This document shows, piece by piece, positions 15,664-20,000 of a stretch of 20,000 nucleotides of DNA (its first letter is position 1; every line of letters begins with the position of its first letter). Location: the IMG/VR virus record IMGVR_UViG_3300023171_000012; one strand, written 5' to 3'. The stretch comes from an uncultured virus (IMG/VR IMGVR_UViG_3300023171_000012) (taxonomy: Duplodnaviria > Heunggongvirae > Uroviricota > Caudoviricetes). The position numbers were made by a program, and so were the translations under genes. The notes beneath the pieces are model-generated. The model worked only from the letters and a program-made list of their open reading frames with translations. It did no database searches and had not been told where the DNA came from.

Positions 15664-16580
15664 TGCCCACTTCTTCACTATTCACTGAGCGCATTGACGG
15701 AATCAACGGTTTCGTCAACATTCCTGCCGCGAACAGCACCCTGTTCTGGCGGAATGGCTCCGGTGTGATTGGAACTCTTCCGACGAGCACTTTTGTTACA
15801 CCATCGGGGGATAATGAATTTACCGGAGCGAACTACTTCTCGAACATCATATTCAATGATTCCGTTGAGCATTCGGGAGCTTCCGTCCTCTACACATCGA
15901 GTAACTTCACATTCGATGAGGACTCCAAGGATGCCCTCCTTGGTGCGCTGGAACTGGATACCGTAGCCAAGAAAGACGCGGCCAACATCTTCACCGGAAC
16001 CACGACATACAGTGCCACGGCAGGGTTCAACTACGATACCGCTGCTCAGATCGCACACCGCACTGCTCTTGGCCTGGGAACTCTTGCCACACAGAGCGGC
16101 ACATTCACATCTTCCAGTGTCTCCGGTTTTCATTTTGTCATTGAGGCGGCTCCAGCTCCAACAGACCAAGGCTATTTGGCTTTCGACACCGTGACGAACC
16201 AGTGGAAATACGGCAACGGTATCTCCACCTACCAACTGATTGACAGCAACACGATTCAGACAGTTTCCAACAAAAGGGTCCAGTCTTGTAGCATCCTCAA
16301 CAACATCGGAACACGCACTTCCCCCTTCACTGCGGACGACGATGATTCTACAATCCTGTGCAATACGGCAGGAGGGGGATTCACCATCACCCTTCCGGCG
16401 GCTTCCATAAACACCCGCCGAGTTTACACCATCAAGAAGATTTCGAGCGATGGAAACACCGTTACGATTGACGGCAACGGGGCTGAGACGATTGACGGCG
16501 TGACTACCAAAACCCTCACCACACAATGGCAGTTCATCACCATCAAATGCAATGGCACCGGATGGTTTGTCATCGGGTGA
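15663..16580 (+). CDS. Tail fibre-like protein (305 aa)
   Basis: T/S/G-rich; RTALGLGTLATQ fibre motif; C-terminal TITLPAA...TIKK...VTIDGNGAETIDG domain typical of phage fibres. Confidence 0.7.
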   Translation: MPTSSLFTERIDGINGFVNIPAANSTLFWRNGSGVIGTLPTSTFVTPSGDNEFTGANYFSNIIFNDSVEHSGASVLYTSSNFTFDEDSKDALLGALELDTVAKKDAANIFTGTTTYSATAGFNYDTAAQIAHRTALGLGTLATQSGTFTSSSVSGFHFVIEAAPAPTDQGYLAFDTVTNQWKYGNGISTYQLIDSNTIQTVSNKRVQSCSILNNIGTRTSPFTADDDDSTILCNTAGGGFTITLPAASINTRRVYTIKKISSDGNTVTIDGNGAETIDGVTTKTLTTQWQFITIKCNGTGWFVIG

Positions 16581-16627
16581 TTATTCCTCGACATTTCCAA
16601 TTATTCCGACCTTAATCCAGCACCCCA

Positions 16628-16921
16628 ATGACTTCAAAACATTTCGGAGATCCTATCACCGCGAACGACACGTATTACTTCCTCGTGCCCGAGCCGAACA
16701 AGGAGTATATGGTGGAAGTGGCCGACACTTTCGGCGGTGCCACAGTGACTCTTGGCTACCTGAGTCAGAGTGGTGTGGCAATTCCCTACCTTGACATTGA
16801 CCCGATGACTGCCGGGGCGGCTTGGCCCGTTCTGGTCCCTGCGGCCGGACGGTTGACCCTTCTCGTTGCGGGGTCTTCCGGTACAACCTCCATCACTCTC
16901 ACGGCGCATATCTTGGAATGA
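16628..16921 (+). CDS. Small beta-rich hypothetical virion protein (97 aa)
   Basis: ORF coupled (ATGA) to the next gene. Confidence 0.7.
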   Translation: MTSKHFGDPITANDTYYFLVPEPNKEYMVEVADTFGGATVTLGYLSQSGVAIPYLDIDPMTAGAAWPVLVPAAGRLTLLVAGSSGTTSITLTAHILE

Positions 16922-18294
16922 GCCTTTCACGGTCATTATCCAGGAGTCTCTCCCGCTCCCTGAGTCGTGGTTTGGTTCCCCACCAAACAACACCAAATAT
17001 GTTTGATCTGGAAGCGCAGTATGCCCGTATCGCGTCTGATGGTGGGACAGTTGCAAATTCCAGCATCCTTGAGTCCTTGTCCTTACAGCTTGGGGAGGCA
17101 CACCTACCAAAACCCTATGCGTTTTACCCAACGCAAACTACCAAAGTCGTTTCGGGACAGGTAGAAAAAGTTTATGACATCTCGGGTAACAGCCGAGATG
17201 CGGTTCGCGTTGCTTCTGGTCAGGTTTTGCAGACTGTTGAGGGTGTTCAATGTATCCACACCATTTCCGCTGGCAAATCTTTTGCTACCACAGGAACGAC
17301 CATTACCCAACCGGCATCACTGTTTGTAATTTACCGTCGTCCAGGAACAGGGTTGAGAGTTTTAATCGGCGACGGGACACGTTACATGGGAACCGGGAAC
17401 TCAGTCCAAGGCCGAGCCTTGGCGTTTGGCACGGGCCTCGTCATTGATGAACCCGAAGACTTGTTCTATCTTGTGGGCGGTCGCGTTGACGGAATGAACA
17501 GCCGGATTACGCGAAATGGCGTCCAGCGCAAAGCGGGCAACGGTGGATCTAATGGGCTGGCCAATTATGCGTTGGGAGGATTCCCTGCCAACTCTTTCGT
17601 CCCAACAGGTGAATTTGCCATGTGGGCACTTTGGCAGAATTTAAGTGTGGCACAGGAGAACGCAATCGCGGCGATCCTTGTCAATTCTTATATGCCAATT
17701 CTGTCTCAAATCCCGCTGGTTGTCTGCGACGGAAATTCGCTTACAGCCGGATCTGGATCAACAGCACCTCAATACACATATCCGAACCAACTGCGTGAAA
17801 TGTTGGGAGGTTCCACATTGGTCAATCTGTTTAATTTTGGCGTTCACGGACAAACCACCCCGATGATGATTGCTGATGCCGCAACCCAAGTTGACCCTCT
17901 TTACTTGGCCGAGCATCGGGCCAACATTCTGGTCGCATGGGAAATCCGCAATCACATGGTTGGGGACGGCGCGACAAAAGAGGTGGCATATGCTTCCTAT
18001 GTTTCCTACTGTCAGGCAAGGCTCGCAGCGCATTACAGTGTTTGTGCCGTAACAGTTCTCCCCTCGTCAGGGCTGAATAACACCGACCGCGCTTGGGTTA
18101 ACAACCAGATCAGAGCCAATTATCTCACGTTCGCAACCGTTCTAGCCGATGTTGCGGCCGATCCTGATATGGGGCCAGATGGAGCAAACCTGAATCTGAC
18201 CTATTACACCGCCGATCAGATCCACATTACAGACCTTGGATACACAAAAATTGCCACCATTGTCTATAATGCCATCGACCCTTTATTCCCTTAA
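16918..18294 (+). CDS. Second LamG-like plus SGNH hydrolase virion protein
   Basis: N-terminal (SLSR)x4 repeat; VYDISGNSRDA (LamG-like); SGNH blocks DGNSLT, NFGVHG, EIRNH, DQIH. Confidence 0.75.
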   Translation: MSLSRSLSRSLSRSLSRGLVPHQTTPNMFDLEAQYARIASDGGTVANSSILESLSLQLGEAHLPKPYAFYPTQTTKVVSGQVEKVYDISGNSRDAVRVASGQVLQTVEGVQCIHTISAGKSFATTGTTITQPASLFVIYRRPGTGLRVLIGDGTRYMGTGNSVQGRALAFGTGLVIDEPEDLFYLVGGRVDGMNSRITRNGVQRKAGNGGSNGLANYALGGFPANSFVPTGEFAMWALWQNLSVAQENAIAAILVNSYMPILSQIPLVVCDGNSLTAGSGSTAPQYTYPNQLREMLGGSTLVNLFNFGVHGQTTPMMIADAATQVDPLYLAEHRANILVAWEIRNHMVGDGATKEVAYASYVSYCQARLAAHYSVCAVTVLPSSGLNNTDRAWVNNQIRANYLTFATVLADVAADPDMGPDGANLNLTYYTADQIHITDLGYTKIATIVYNAIDPLFP

Positions 18295-18345
18295 AAGAGG
18301 GGAGGATAATTTGATCTGGCACATTGACTGCGAAATACCACAGCC

Positions 18346-18807
18346 ATGAACTTCCCATCCTACATCTGTCAAACCCCTCCCCCTGCTAAAGCCATGTCAT
18401 TCGCCCAAGACCGTATTCTCTTCACTATCACATGGCTCGGTTCCATCGTGTCCAGTTATGCGGGGATTGCGGTCAGCCCGGCGGAGCAGCGTTGGTTTTT
18501 CATCACCCTCTGCGCGGCCTTCGTAACCAGTGGTTTTTTGACCCTTGGTCTCAAAGGAGATGGGGAAACCATTCGCGTCATCATCGGCCGCGCCGGAGTC
18601 TCCCTGTTGTTCGGTATTTTCGTCACCTACCCTGTGGTAAACTACTTCGGCTGGGAGTCCGCCCACACCAGTTTGGTGGCTCTGGGAGGCATCGCATCCC
18701 TGGTGACGGGTGTTGGTTTCTTGTTTGGCTACACTGGGTTGGAGGTTCTGATGCGTCGTCGTGCGGCGTACACGGAGAAGCTCATCAAGAAGTGGATGCC
18801 GAAATAA
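18346..18807 (+). CDS. Multi-pass membrane protein, probable holin (start may be 18394)
   Basis: About four hydrophobic segments and a basic C-terminal tail (RRRAAYTEKLIKKWMPK). Confidence 0.6.
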   Translation: MNFPSYICQTPPPAKAMSFAQDRILFTITWLGSIVSSYAGIAVSPAEQRWFFITLCAAFVTSGFLTLGLKGDGETIRVIIGRAGVSLLFGIFVTYPVVNYFGWESAHTSLVALGGIASLVTGVGFLFGYTGLEVLMRRRAAYTEKLIKKWMPK

Positions 18808-18843
18808 AGGCATTTTGCACACAAATGGTGCGGAATGCAGGTC

Positions 18844-18872
18844 TTGACCCTCGTTGCAAATAAGTATTAACT
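18844..18872 (+). promoter_or_regulatory. Possible promoter
   Basis: TTGACC followed by AT-rich TAAGTATTAACT in the intergenic gap before ATG 18882. Confidence 0.35.
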
Positions 18873-18881
18873 CGTCCCGAG

Positions 18882-20000
18882 ATGCCTTTATCGAACGAGC
18901 GGTCCCAAGTAAAGAGTTACCCGACTCCGCTTCCTCTTGATCTGATTTTCTATCAGACACAGAACAGCGACCTGCCGAAGAATGCCCTTTGGAACTACGG
19001 AGACCCACATCCCGACAAAACCAAGTACCCGAACCATTTCCTCGTCTTCGTCACTCCGGCGGATGACAAAGGTCTGGAGAAGTGCTACTACGCGGCACGC
19101 CGGGAGTGCCAGGATCTCTACAATTTCGAACGGACGGACGCCGACATCGGCGGCGAACGGTTTGAGACGGTCAGCCGAGACTATGTGACGCTACGCAGTG
19201 AGTTTGATGCCCAAGCTCCGGCGATGGGCGCGGCGATGCCCAACGTTCCAGTGGGCAAATTTGCCCCTGGCAGCGACGACGCCACGGTTCCGGGATTCGT
19301 TCTGGCCGGACGCAAGCAGGGTCTGATGGATCAGCAGGAGTTGAATTCACTCTTTATCGTCGAGCATATGGTGTATGCGCGTCGGACGCCCATCTCCGAA
19401 GTGAAGCTCGATCTTCAGACGGGTCGCAGTAAATACAGCGTCTCGAATTGGTACTATCGCGGTGAACTGGTTGATGGCACTGCCATCGAAGTTCTCGCCG
19501 CAGATCCCGGCAACGCCTACTGGGGCCTTCAGGCTTCCGGCATCTTCCGTGAGCTGATCCAGCCAACGACGAACTGGTTCATTGTCACCGAGTCCCGAGC
19601 CTACCCGGAGGATTCGGTGATCGGCCCGGACAATCCCGCGAGAACCCGCGTCATTTCGTATCCTACACCGAACGGCCCGGGCCGCATCAGCCCGCTGAAA
19701 ACGGATGTCATTTTCATCGAAAGGGGGGCAATGCCCACCCCTGAGCCGGAGTATGGTGATCCGCACTACGACACCGCCACATGGCCGAGCCACAAGCTGG
19801 TGTTCGTGAAGCCTGCGGGGGATGATGCGGGGAAACTCTACGATTTCTACTACGCGGCCGACCGGATCAACCAAGACCTCTACAATTTCGAGGACAGCAA
19901 TGGCGAGGCGTTTTACCGCACCTATCTCCTGACCCGTGCTGAGTATCTCTCGGTGTCTCCTTCGTATTTCACCACGCTGAAGGCCACTGTTGGTGATGAC
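18882..20000 (+). CDS. Large hypothetical (probably virion) protein with an internal repeat, truncated by the window end
   Basis: Open frame from ATG 18882 (MPLSNERSQVKSYPTP...) to the end of the window; missing from the ORF track because it has no stop in the window. Confidence 0.8.
   Translation, partial: MPLSNERSQVKSYPTPLPLDLIFYQTQNSDLPKNALWNYGDPHPDKTKYPNHFLVFVTPADDKGLEKCYYAARRECQDLYNFERTDADIGGERFETVSRDYVTLRSEFDAQAPAMGAAMPNVPVGKFAPGSDDATVPGFVLAGRKQGLMDQQELNSLFIVEHMVYARRTPISEVKLDLQTGRSKYSVSNWYYRGELVDGTAIEVLAADPGNAYWGLQASGIFRELIQPTTNWFIVTESRAYPEDSVIGPDNPARTRVISYPTPNGPGRISPLKTDVIFIERGAMPTPEPEYGDPHYDTATWPSHKLVFVKPAGDDAGKLYDFYYAADRINQDLYNFEDSNGEAFYRTYLLTRAEYLSVSPSYFTTLKATVGDD

Overview
A 20-kb piece of a tailed dsDNA phage genome (Caudoviricetes-like). 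All credible genes are on the + strand and many are translationally coupled. Gene order: small ORFs, large terminase with a LAGLIDADG intein in its Walker A motif, probable portal, probable scaffold, a ~1.6-kb RNA/small-ORF island, probable major capsid protein, structural proteins, M15 peptidase endolysin, two LamG-like+SGNH virion proteins and fibre-like proteins, a probable holin, and a large repeat-containing protein truncated by the window end. The most unusual part is the island at ~8650-10250, between scaffold and capsid. It holds a complete one-piece tmRNA with a long tag (GNNVISFSRNVAKSSDLALVA). Immediately after it is a circularly permuted tRNA-like cloverleaf with a loop-closed acceptor stem (YrlA/Y-RNA-like or permuted-tRNA topology). 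Next come a ~370-nt highly structured RNA that I cannot assign, a terminator, and two tiny ORFs absent from the ORF track (a lipoprotein and a very basic peptide). Portal, scaffold, capsid and holin calls rest on position, size and composition, not on database searches. All RNA helices were found by hand.
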